A DNA stretch of 51,234 nucleotides, the filler included, from Sphacelaria rigidula (Eukaryota): the NCBI GenBank assembly GCA_964200075.2. It is 3 parts of 3 records of this genome, joined end to end, with 100 filler letters (N's around TTAATTAATTAA, not from the genome) between each part and the next. Parts side by side here need not be neighbours in the genome. Positions count along the whole stretch, not along the records: positions 1 to 17,013 come from CAXNAA020001186.1; positions 17,114 to 34,124 come from CAXNAA020001187.1; 1 more part is not named here. One strand, written 5' to 3'. Positions 12,102 to 22,916 of this stretch are shown piece after piece (the stretch's first letter is position 1; each line of letters begins with the position of its first letter). The translations under genes and the position numbers were made by a program. Below the pieces are notes generated by a model, which saw nothing but the letters and a program-made list of their open reading frames with translations, was not told the DNA's origin and did not search any database.

Positions 12102-14250
12102 GGGGCGTATTCATATGTTGTTTGCCTTACTCGTTTTACTGTTGACCACGCATCCCTTTCGAGACGGAGCACCGTTCCTACTCCTAATAGACACCTCGAA
12201 CATTTGGGCGCTCATTGCGTTTCTTCCATATATTACATCGAGACCGTTTACACATCTTATCCTCGTCCTGTTTCGCCGTCTCTGGTCACCATCTATCCCT
12301 TAGTATAGCCATCGTTTCCCCCCTGATGTCTAATGCATCAAACGACTTAATGCCCCCTTCGTTCACCTCCCGCATTTCCTCCTCTGGCACGACCCGTTCC
12401 TGCTTCTTTAGTCCACATTCTGCCACTATATGATGTCTACTCTCTATTGCTTTCGCCACAGGGACAATTCTGTGCATCTACTTCCTCCTCCGCTCGACGA
12501 CTGGTATATCTCTTCTTTCCGGCAGGTCCAGGTCCCCCGCCCGAAATCGCAGTTTCAATCTTTTCGCCGCGTCCATTGGGCCATCCGGATATGTTCTCGT
12601 CCCTATTCCCCATCTCAACACATGTTCAGCTGTTCTTCCTCGCCTACTTTGCGTCTCAGTGCTCCTTTTCCCCTTATTTTCATCATGGCTCTTACTCATG
12701 GACATCATCTCGTCCTGGTTTCCCCCCATCTCCTTCAATACTTTCTCGACTTCTCTGTCGCACCTTACTTCAACCTGCCCTTTCGTAATTTTCTTCGATA
12801 CAGCCCTATCCACCACGACTGAAAATCTCTTCCTTTGCATGTTCTCCGCGCTATTTTGTCATAACAATTTTTTCAGCTCATTTCTTGTTTCAAGTGGTTC
12901 TTCACCAATCTCCACATACCTTTCCCAATACCAGTTTCCCACATCTTTTTCCACGGCGAGTTTCTCCATACTGTTGTTGTAGGCTTCTGTACGTTCAGGA
13001 AGAAACAGTACGTTGTCAGCACGGTATCTTTTTCTACCTTGAATAAACTTACCTAATATGTGCACATAACCTATGCAACTACGATTTGATTTAAATCCTG
13101 CTTGCCCCTCGCTGATTGTTTCGTCCTTTTCTAGCATCGTTTCTACTCTATCGTTCAGAATCTTACAGAATGTTTTCCCTACCGTGCTCAGTAGCGTCAT
13201 CCCTTGAGAATTCCCTGGGTCAGCCTCGTCTCCTTTTATGAAGAGGTTGACGACTACTTCTCTCCACCTCTTGGGTGTGTACTAGTTCTCCCAGATCCTC
13301 TTATACAGCATAACCATTGTGGTAATCATTCCCTTTCGCCCGTACTTGAGGAATTCGTTCACTGTGTTGTCTGCCCTTGCTGCCCTTTAGTTCTTGAGTT
13401 TAGCAACACTCCTTTACTTCATCTCTGGTGAACTCCATCTGCGATTTGTTGGGGCGACTATCCTCCCGTTTTGACGCCTCTGCATTTGCCTCTGCCCGCG
13501 CGGTGATTCCTTCTTCGAATTCCGTGTCAAACTCCTTCTTAGTTTTTGGTGCTGCGGTAGTGCTCTACTCCAACTTCTCTGTTCTCCTTCGAACTACTAA
13601 ACATTTTACGGTTCAGTGCCAAAAGAGTGGCTATCTCCCTGTTCATCTTTCCTGCTTGTTTTGCCATTATCCCTTTTATCCCTACCCACACCTGCTCATG
13701 AGCCATCGAAATCTTTATTTGTTTCATCCACTACATCTTCCTACACTTCCTTATATTGACTCTCTATTACCTCTTTTTTATTTCATAGCTTTGGTCTACT
13801 CCCATCCTACCGTAGTTTTACTCGACATGTGTCTTGCGTGGGCCTTTCTCCTTACTCTCGTAGCCTCTTTCACTTCCTAATCCCACCATTTTACGGCTCT
13901 GTTGCATACGATCAGTTTTTTCCCGATGACTTCACTCGCTGCGTTATTGACCAACTACTCCCATCCTTTTCTGATCTTGGCCCCTGCTCGATCCTTCTAC
14001 ATTTCCATATCAACTGTACTCACGCTTTGCACAAGCTCAGAAAGTTCCACTGCATTTTTTGGCTATCTCCTCTTGAAACGCTTGCTGTTTTCTTCCGTTC
14101 CTAGTATATAGTTTCTCCATTTGTACAATTCCTACCTCGCCTATTTCTTCCAGCTCTCGTCTGTTGGCTTCTTGTCCATATTAGGCAATGATCTGTGGTT
14201 CCCAACTCCTCTGCGCACACATGCAGTTCGATTCCCTTAGTATTCACATG
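12102..14250 (-). mobile_element. Decayed, internally deleted APE-type LINE (family A) in intron 1 of the E3 ligase gene
   Basis: End of APE endonuclease (GTTDHCLIW near 14170-14200); RT N-terminal motifs (TLLSTVGKTFCKILNDR, EGQAGFKSNRSC at 12859-13200) with stops and frameshifts; then a jump to the C-terminal region ending GAPSRKGCVVN and the 3' terminus TGAATACG-CCCC. No YADD core seen. 5' limit approximate. Confidence 0.85.
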
Positions 14251-14877
14251 CTCCGCCACTCCATGTTGATCAACGAGGGTAAATCATCTGTTAATCGGCA
14301 TCATTTTTATCTGGAAAAAAATGTGAGTCCCTGCTCGACCCTCGACTCGAAGTATTAGCAGCAACCTATTGTACAACATTGTCGGCACGATAGGTGGTGC
14401 ACGAGACACTCGGGTAGGTTCCACTGCTGCAGTGAGCCTCGTGTACTTGCCAGAAACAACCCAATAAAAAGAACGGACGCCCCATCAGGCGGGTGCGGTG
14501 AGAAACAGCATGATCGGGAAACGACCTGCCGCAGCGAACTGACCAAAATATTGTGTTCACGTGTCAACCACGAAATTTAGCGACGAAACGAGGTAACCTC
14601 AGCTGGAAATGGTACACATCACCGTCTGTGATTCATGGTACAATGTGTGCAATACGGTCCACGGTGCAACGCTCACTGGATGCTTGTTCCATATCATTTG
14701 ATTCTGTTTCGAATTGCGTGAGTTGTCCGTCAAACATGCTTCACATAACCGACTTGAGTAAACGATCATGTCCAACCGTACGCGGCCATAGTGTAGTCGA
14801 GTCCGTGACTGGGACCTCCGAAGGGACGAACTTCATCTCCGAAGAGAACACGCTCGACCCCTAACGGTTAACTTCAC

Positions 14878-14949
14878 CTTTAACGGTTCCAGCTCCTCTG
14901 ACGGGCGGGGCTTCGGTTGCCCAACGCTCGTGGGCGCGCGTATTCGCAT
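14878..14949 (-). CDS. HUWE1/Tom1/UPL1-like HECT E3 ligase, exon 1 (MRIRAPTSVGQPKPRPSEELEPLK)
   Basis: ATG at 14949, 24 codons, then donor AAG|GTGAAG in phase 0, matching exon 2. Length fits the short N-terminal stretch before the conserved 'LYHW' motif of HUWE1/Tom1. Not in the ORF track. Confidence 0.7.
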
Positions 14950-15230
14950 TGCCCCGGCCCAACGGGTGCTCCTGGCAACGGACATACGACAAGCACAACA
15001 ACCAGAGATGGGGAACGATGTCGATGAAAAACAACACTAAACGCGCACGATGAACTAATGAACACTTGGTACAAAAACTTGTTTGGCCGGCGGGTGAGTA
15101 TATGGTTGAAATTTGGAGATACCTCGCGGTTGGGTCAATCTCTCGACTTGTCCGTGAGCATAAAATAAACTGCACCGCCACCCACCTACCCGTAGGTTTG
15201 TACAATTTTATTACCCCCCCCTCCCCCTCT

Positions 15231-15298
15231 AGTGCTCCGTCTCGAAAGGGATGCGTGGTCAATGGTCAAATGACTAAGGCAAGCAACAAATGAGTACG
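15231..15298 (+). mobile_element. 68-bp family A LINE 3'-end copy with 16-bp flanking direct repeat
   Basis: AGTGCTCCGTCTCGAAAGGGATGCGTGG...AAATGAGTACG flanked by CCCCCCCTCCCCCTCT at 15215-15230 and 15299-15314. Confidence 0.85.
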
Positions 15299-15451
15299 CC
15301 CCCCCTCCCCCTCTCCCCTCCGCGGTGGGGGTGCGCCGCCCCCCCTCGTCCCGTGTGATGACGGTTGACAATTTTCAAAAGAGGGTGGCGACAAAGTCGT
15401 GAGTGGTGGTTTTGAGCCCGGAGTTTCACGATGATTTAGGCGTGTGGCGTT

Positions 15452-15518
15452 GTGCTCCGTCTCGAAATAGATGCGTGGTCAATGGTCAAACGACTAAGGC
15501 AAGCAACAAATGAACACG
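15452..15518 (+). mobile_element. Second short family A LINE 3'-end copy
   Basis: GTGCTCCGTCTCGAAATAGATGCGTGGTCAATGG...AAATGAACACG followed by a C-rich tract; no clear duplication on the left. Confidence 0.8.
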
Positions 15519-16841
15519 CCCACCCCCACCCCCTCGCCCTCTCCCTCCTCTCCCCTCCGGGCGACACCGTGATCTCACGCGATATACCGGCTTCTTTCTC
15601 GGTACCCACCGTGCCATTATTCACCGAGCATTGAATCGCTGTGTTCTCACCCCGACGACTTTTATCCCTGGAAAATAAAATGTTGCCGACCATAGGCCGT
15701 TAGGCGGAACACCATGCCAGGACCCTGTGAGTGCCTACAGATGGGACAGCCATGTATGGCAATATTCATCAAGCGGACATGGTGATAGAACATATGAACA
15801 TCTGGCGCGGCGTCGAGTTTGAAGGCCGCGAGAGCTCAAGCAGCTCGTCCACCTCCACAGACTGATGAGATTTACAATGTCCGGTCACGAACTCCTACAC
15901 ATTCTTCATCTTTGATTTCACAGGTCAGCAATACTCACTGGTGGGGAAACGGAAGCATGGTAACGCGGCAAGGCGGCGATGAAGCTGATATATCAACACC
16001 AAGTAAAACGCAAAAATCTCAATGAAAATCGACGGGCAGCGGGGGTGCTGATAGTGCTGATCGGATGCTCAAAACCAACTACTCGGCAGATACCAGGGGA
16101 GAAGTGGGTTGACCCCCCTACACTGCGGACTTATTCCGAGAGACAAGGCGGGTTGAAAGAATGACGGCAAGGAAATTGAAAAATACACGCTCGTGCTGGC
16201 TCATACACATGTCACCCATGTGGTACACATGGCCGGACGAGATCTTCTGTTCTGGCGGAATGCTACTGGACGCTTCCCTCCTCCATGTCGTCGAAAATGG
16301 AAACCTTTGGAGCCTTGTGGGCTCACTGATTAGTGCGAAGTGTGAATTTTGCGCTCCATGAAATGCTGCTCAAGAAAGCATCCCCGGATGAAGACGTCGA
16401 TGAAGTTGTGTCCGACAGCACCACCGAAACAAGCGTCAACCTTTTCTTCGCTTCTGGAGCTTTCGCTACGACAACCAGTTTCGTCTCCCACTTACGTTAA
16501 GTGCATATCAAGGGGCATCACTCAGGGACCACTTGGGCTTCCTCCCAACTGGGTCACCGACGCACGCTGGCACCATTTGCAAATGATGGGTCAGTATCTT
16601 CAACAAACTTGCTCGGCTTCGAGACAGATGCAAATCTACCCCCACATACAAGTCAGTCCGAGCTTTTAACGGGACGAGAAAGCACTTTCGACACTCACTT
16701 CGCGCGACAGTTCTGCGGTTAGTTTTATCGAAAATACATGGGAGCACATTTCACCTTTCCCCCTCGGTTAGTAATTCTTGCACGAAGCACAAATCCATAC
16801 TGGTCTGACGTTTGAGGGGGGAGCGGTCGGGGTAGAGCCGC

Positions 16842-16919
16842 GCCCTGGTGGTGTAATGGCCCACCGTCGCCATTACGGTAGAGAGAACGGGGGTTCGATT
16901 CCCGACGGGTTGGGTTTTT
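16842..16919 (+). pseudogene. tRNA-like sequence (tRNA pseudogene or SINE head)
   Basis: A box TGGTGTAATGG, B box GGTTCGATTCC and downstream TTTTT (16915-16919). Acceptor and anticodon stems pair poorly, so no isotype is assigned. Confidence 0.45.
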
Positions 16920-17013
16920 CTTCGTGATGTATGATTTTCACCGTGGAAAGCGTGAGGACGTGAGTAAACAAAGTAGTGGACTGGGTTTGTGTGACGTGAG
17001 TTGACGCGAGATC

Positions 17014-17113
17014 NNNNNNNNNNNNNNNNNNNNNNNNNNNNNNNNNNNNNNNNNNNNTTAATTAATTAANNNNNNNNNNNNNNNNNNNNNNNNNNNNNNN
17101 NNNNNNNNNNNNN
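17014..17113. other. Artificial contig-join spacer
   Basis: 44 N + TTAATTAATTAA (stops in all six frames) + 44 N. Confidence 0.97.
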
Positions 17114-17299
17114 TGTACCCCGCGTCTTCATCTATGGACAGCGGGGGGGGGGGTGGTAGCCCGTTGTGTGGGGCTAGTATGACAATATTGATGGTTTAAG
17201 TGGACTTGGATAATGACGTGTTTGTGCTTTCTTCTTCCTTTTCACCATGTTCCGAATCGTGCGTTTACTGTGAGATATCCAGTTTGAGTTTGCCGCAGG

Positions 17300-17945
17300 T
17301 TGCGGCGCTCGAGGATTCCAGTCGCGATACTTGAGGAGGATGGACTGAGGCTTAAGAAGGCGAGGGATGGAGTCTTGGATTTGCAAGAACGTTTCCACGT
17401 TCAAGTGCAGGGACGTGTTGCCGCTGAACGTGCGCGTAGGCGTGAGGGGTCCTCGTCGGGGCTGAAACTGCCGAATTTTGAGGTAGGGGGCTATGTCTTG
17501 TATGCACGCGTGCGTCGTCCGGGTGCTACGCCCACGTTGATGACGACGTGGACTGGTCCATGGAGAGTGATTGATGCTCACCACCCGCATGTGTTTGAGA
17601 TTCAGATTGTTTCGGGCCGTGCTCAGACCGCCCATGTAGCTCGTTTACGCTTTTATGCAGACTCGCAGCTTAATGTTCCGGCTGACGTTAAGGACGTGTT
17701 TCAGCATGCTTTCAATCAGGGGCATTTCAGATGGCTGGTATTGTCCGAGTGGGAGAAGCAGATGATCGTTCGTTGATCGTGTCGGTCGACTGGGTTGGAA
17801 TCGAATTTAAGGAGCGTATGTGGGAGCCTTTCAAGGATATTTTTGAGGCCGCTCCGGAATTTCCTACGAAGGAGTTGCGTACATTGCGCGTGACTCGTTC
17901 CGTTGCTGCTCGCATTTCGAGTGAGTTTGGTATTCAATTGGGACT
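17300..17945 (+). mobile_element. Ty3/gypsy pol 3' end: integrase C-terminus (GPY/F-like) plus chromodomain, frameshifted
   Basis: FEVGGYVL...TWTGPWRVI...HVARLRFY, then after a frameshift near 17730 IVSVDWVGIEFKERMWEPFKDI (chromodomain-like V.W.G....WEP). Confidence 0.85.
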
Positions 17946-18017
17946 TACTCATCGTTTTCGCGTTTTCTATGTGTCAAGCTTGTTGCTCGATTTTCGTCCA
18001 ACGCGCTTTCGGGGTGC

Positions 18018-18283
18018 TGTGACGAAAATACGTCGTTACGTTGAGTTGGTAGTGATGGTATGGATAATGACTGGGGGCACGGGGATTCTGGAGGGTTCTA
18101 GGTAATGACCGGGGACACGGAGATTGTACCAGCGGGTTTAATAAATAGAAAAGCTGATGCCTTGGAATATCACTCCATGATGATGATATGTTGTGAAGGC
18201 TGACAACTTAAACTGAGGCCAGTAATATTGGGGAGTCCCTCAACAGTAGTAATCCACCAGTCCCTCTTCTGGCTAGCGTCACA
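18018..18283 (+). mobile_element. 3' LTR of the gypsy element (266 bp)
   Basis: Follows the pol end and CGGGGTGC; bounded by a perfect 7-bp terminal inverted repeat TGTGACG...CGTCACA; contains AATAAA near 18141. Confidence 0.7.
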
Positions 18284-18800
18284 GAACCTAGTGTGCACGT
18301 GTTCGACCAGACTACAGCGCTCCATGTATCAAAGCAATATATTGTTAGATATCGCGATAACCACGAAGCTACACAGCAGGCGCTGACTGACTTATGTAGT
18401 TCAGGCGCTGTTGAGCCATTTCCACACAACTCGCGTACTCCACTTGGATACTCGAGTCACGAAGGTTTTCACCGAGCACTCGGGGGGTGTTATGTCCCTG
18501 GGGCATTATTCATGTGCACAATGAGAGGCACGTTATGCATCGACGATTGTCAGCGCAAGAAAGACGAAAGTCTCTCCTTCGCAGTCGGAGGAGTAGTTGG
18601 GTGGAACTAGATTCCAAGCAAACAAAGGGCCGTCGAAAGCAACTCGACCAATGCAAGCACAGGTCATGGGAACGGCACCAAACTGTATGCATTAAATTGA
18701 TAATCGAAATAGGGCGAACGTATGCACCACGGTTACATTAGTGCTGGGCTGAGCTTTACCAAGATTGGAGAAGGAGAGGGTGTGACGAATTAGCCTTACT
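18284..18800 (+). mobile_element. Older gypsy-like 3' end with polypurine tract and start of a second LTR at 18781
   Basis: GGAGAAGGAGAGGG immediately followed by TGTGACGAA, the same start as the 18018 LTR; degraded chromodomain-like VVGWN...RSWE upstream. LTR end not defined. Confidence 0.5.
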
Positions 18801-21297
18801 CATGCTTCGAACATTCTTCGAGGCACTCGCAGCACCCCAGAGCATGATGGCATGCATATTATTCTCTACACGCCGAGCACTACGCTGGCGGACAACGAGA
18901 CATCATGCCATCTTGTTGCGTATGGCCAGCACTCGTTGTCGACTGTCGAGCCATTGGTTGCTTGAGCCGCCCAACCACTTGGACCCACCCTCCGCGCCTC
19001 GCTGCAGCATGGGGCCGCTCAAATCTAACAATTATCTCGTCAAAAATTGTGTATAATTTGGTAGTGTGGTGAAACGTTGCCATCGATATTTAGTATTTCC
19101 CATATCCCTGAAACTACAATCGCCACCTAACCCACGCACACAGCACTGACGCCAACGATTACTACACTATTCTGAAACAAGAGAGGCCTACAACTTATCC
19201 AACATCACACCCTATCCTGCACACACATATCGCGCTGATCTTCTCCTTCCAAAGGAGTTTTATCCGCGACGATCCCTCCCACCCTCCCCACTTCTACCAC
19301 ACCGTACAATACAATCCTGGCACTTCTATGCTCATGTTTGAGGTGTGTTCGTGAGTGCTGTCACTGCTTGCTTTCAACGAATCCCAATGCACTTCTTCAT
19401 CATAACATTCCACCCACCTCAGTACACATATATGCAGCGGCCAGCGCGTGAAGGTTCCCAACAGGCTACAAGACCGCGTTGCCGTATGTATACGTTCTAC
19501 ATGCTGCCGTAGCAGCTGCGGCATCAACAACTGTCTACCGGAGGAGTAAGTCACCACACAATACGAGGGCGGGCTTGCACTCATCACGGTGCGCCTTGCC
19601 CGAGCTCCTCTCGGTGGCCAAAATGGCCAGGCTTGTGTACTGACAGCGCTACCAACACCAACAACATAATGCTTTTTCATCACCATCATCACGACTCTTC
19701 CCCTATCCTAAGAAGTCACCCATTTGTGTCTTTGTCTGGATGCAGCCTAAATTTCCTCGTCCACTCTTGACGGCTCACAAAACCATGACCGAAATGCCAG
19801 CTAAGGCGACTGTACAACGGTCGAACACGCCACGAGGACTGTCTTGGACACCTTGGGGTTCCATTTATTGACAAGCCAAAATCACCCACCATGCATCTCG
19901 ACTTCACCTCGGAACAACGCATCTACACCACGCAGTAAACCCACAGGGTGAGGCAACCCCCCATCGATGGTCCTTGCACCGCAGAACTAGGTAAGATGTA
20001 CGTAATTACAGTAGACAATACTGGACTATGCCCGAAGAACCGTCGACTGTCGTAGGACATAGGTCGGGTATCTGCTCACGTGTAGGAGACAATCTCACGC
20101 CAACCAAGACAGAAGATGAAAACGTCTTGCCCTCAAGGGACGTGCGTGATATACAACATCTGCTTGCCACAAACACACGCAACGCCACCATTTTTCACTC
20201 GACCGCTTGGGAACGGATATACGAACTCGTGCGACTCTATTGAAACCCACCCACGTCAAGAATGATGGCACTTTTGCTTCGAGATCTGTGAAGTCCGTTT
20301 TCATCTCCCGACACTTCACATAGCAACACTCATGTAGCAGGTCAGTCAAGTTTTAGCTAGGGTTGATGATCCTAACAAGGTCTGCGGAACCCTGCGACAA
20401 AATGCGGTCTTCACCAGGCCTCGCGATTGTACCACATACTGCACGCTATACGTCACAACATCTCATGCAACAACGGCTGACATGACACCACGATTGAGCA
20501 CAGTTCCTGGACGCGGCAAATTGTCGAATAAAAGACACACGGGGACATGAAAGACATGCTGACGACACTAACAGCCCCTTCCCTGACCTGCGAACTTTAC
20601 TGGATATATCCGATTAGCATGCCGACGGTATGATGTAGTTGTTGAAGCTGCCAACATCAACGGCCACAAAACATCCACTGGAACATTCAGTACAAATCGT
20701 CATTGGATCCGTTTCCGAGATAAAATGATCAGCCGTGTTGCCCCCCTTCACATCGCAAGCTTCCGGTGGCGATAGTGATACTATCCTCACCGAGGAGGAC
20801 GATCACCTCATCCACTCAGGCCCCCAAAACCTCATGCTATTCGTGGAGAACCACCACGACGTGTGGCGTTCAAGTTGCGTCTGCTGTACATTCCACTCGG
20901 GGACTTTACCCCGCACATGTCAATCAAAACACAACGTTCTCGTCTCCTTCCACCAGTGCGGCTTGACAGTTATGTAAGTTCTCTAAGAGATCTCATACCC
21001 TACCGAGCATTACCATACCCTGCGGAACACACCTTTGCGAAAGTCCGTTCGCAAAAAGGAAAAGACGAAGGAAGCGTGGAAAATGAAAAGAAGAAACAAG
21101 CTAGAAAAACAGGATTACATCCACAAAGAAACCGAATGAAGGATGTTTCCGAAAGAAACTCAGACAAGCTTTCCCCGGGGCTCCAGACACGAGCTAGAAC
21201 AAGAAACATGGCAATTACATGCGAAACCACACTAGACCCTCCCACCCAAACCGACATCCTACCCCCCACCAATTATTCCACAATCATATTGCCCCAC

Positions 21298-21816
21298 CAT
21301 CGTCGATAGCCAGGGCATGTGACAAGAGGGTCTTCGTCGGAGTCCTTCCCTCTCTGTTCCCCCTTCGTCCCCCTCACCGCTGCTGATAGTCCCCACCGCC
21401 TGCCCATCATCTCGGGAGAGCTGGCCTTCATCTCTCCCGTCATCCGCCCCGTTGTCTCGGATGAGTAGTCCCGAGTCGCTTACCTCCGTCGAGCCTCTGT
21501 CCTGTTGCGGTTGGTTGCTGCTGCTATTGTTGTTCCTTCTGAAGAGGGTGCTTATTTTTGTACCGAAGAAGCCCTTGCCTTTCTTGCGATCGTGGGACGT
21601 GCTAGTGCTAGTGCTAGCGTTGCTCCTGTTACTCTTCCCGCTGCTTCTGCTGCTTCTGCTGCTTCTGCTGCTACTCTTCCTGCTGCTGCTGCTCTTGACA
21701 TAGAAGAAACCACCCAACGAGGTGAAGCTCCTCCGTTTGTGTAAGACTGGTGGAGCAGACCTTGTGGAATCGGGGCTGTCGCTGCCGTCAGCATGCGGTG
21801 TCGAGACATTGTCCAT
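21298..21816 (-). CDS. Probable first exon of an unknown protein (Ser/Arg-rich, low complexity)
   Basis: 173 open codons from ATG (MDNVSTPHADG...) to a candidate donor ATG|GTGGGG. No recognisable domain; downstream exons not found. Confidence 0.5.
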
Positions 21817-22499
21817 GGAGATATCCCTGTGGTGCTCTGCGCGATTTTCCCCAGGAAACCGGCGGAACCGTGAGGAAAGAAAGCGGGCGTGGTAGGGTGT
21901 AAGGGACACCATTAGTGCGGCATGTGCCCCTCGGTAGCTCGGCTTCGAGGTTCCAAGTACATATAGCAAGGATGGAGAGGAATCCACAAGATGCTACGGT
22001 AAGTGCTATCTCACACAGTGTAGCTCCTTTGCCCCCGGCCGGCGCCCGACCGGTGATGGTTGTGTCCGGGAGACAAAACCCAACCAGAAACAGAGAAACA
22101 CAACCACATTCGTAGTGGACAGAGACGCGACCTTCAGAATAGCCTGTGTACCGCATCGTGATGCAACATACACACTATTGGGTAGGCTATCTCGGCCTAC
22201 TTCGACAGTGTTGGGCTCCAAGCTGATCATTTCAGATGCGAGTTTTACCCAGAACAGGGAGACAGACAGTTACGGAAAACGTGTGCCATTCCGCAGGCCT
22301 CACTCTTTATGGGAAGTTCTTGCCGGTTTCGGAGACCCGCCGCTGGTGATGAAGGCCATTTACACGTTCCACAACTGCATGGAAGCTCGGATGTAGCTCT
22401 GAATGATGGAAAGCTACAAAAGTGGCCCCATGTCTATCAGAGACTTAGGCAAGAATGACCTCCCTTCCCGGTACTGTCCAACACTTTTTTGGTACTCTT

Positions 22500-22916
22500 A
22501 GTGAACCCGTTATATTTCTCAATTCCTTATTTTCTTCTGTTTCCTATCTCTTTCTTCCTTCCGTTCTTTTGATTTTGTTTTCTTCCTCTGCGGTGTTGGT
22601 GCTATTTTCGCCTTGGTTTTGTTCTGTGTTGCGTTCTCTTTTCCACTCTCGCGTCAGGGGACTGTCGAGTATTTCCCGTCGGGATCGGTATTACATCTTA
22701 GCCTAGCTCTCTCTTGTGCCTGTCCGTTCCTATCCTTTGTTTTCCTTTCCTTTTCTTGACTTCATCATAATTATGGTTTTCTCTTCTTTTGTCCCTTCAT
22801 ATCGAGTTTTGTTCTTTCTCGGGCGATTTTGTCTATTCACCTTTGGTATCCCTTGTTTTGTGATTTTGGCCGGATTTATAGCGGATGAGTTAATGTGCGA
22901 CAATCAATCAATCAAA
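22500..22916 (+). repeat. Pyrimidine-rich segment ending in (CAAT)n, probable non-LTR element 3' UTR
   Basis: T/C-rich stretch ending ...TAATGTGCGACAATCAATCAATCAAA, the form of a short-tandem-repeat LINE tail. No coding remnant seen. Confidence 0.4.

Noticed and set aside
17058-17069. TTAATTAATTAA inside N runs (also 34169-34180)
   Set aside because: Synthetic six-frame-stop linker between contigs, not biological.
19700-20980. Faint integrase-like fragments (RQYW..., NDGTFAS)
   Set aside because: Too degraded to assign by eye; TBLASTX against LTR-element proteins is needed.
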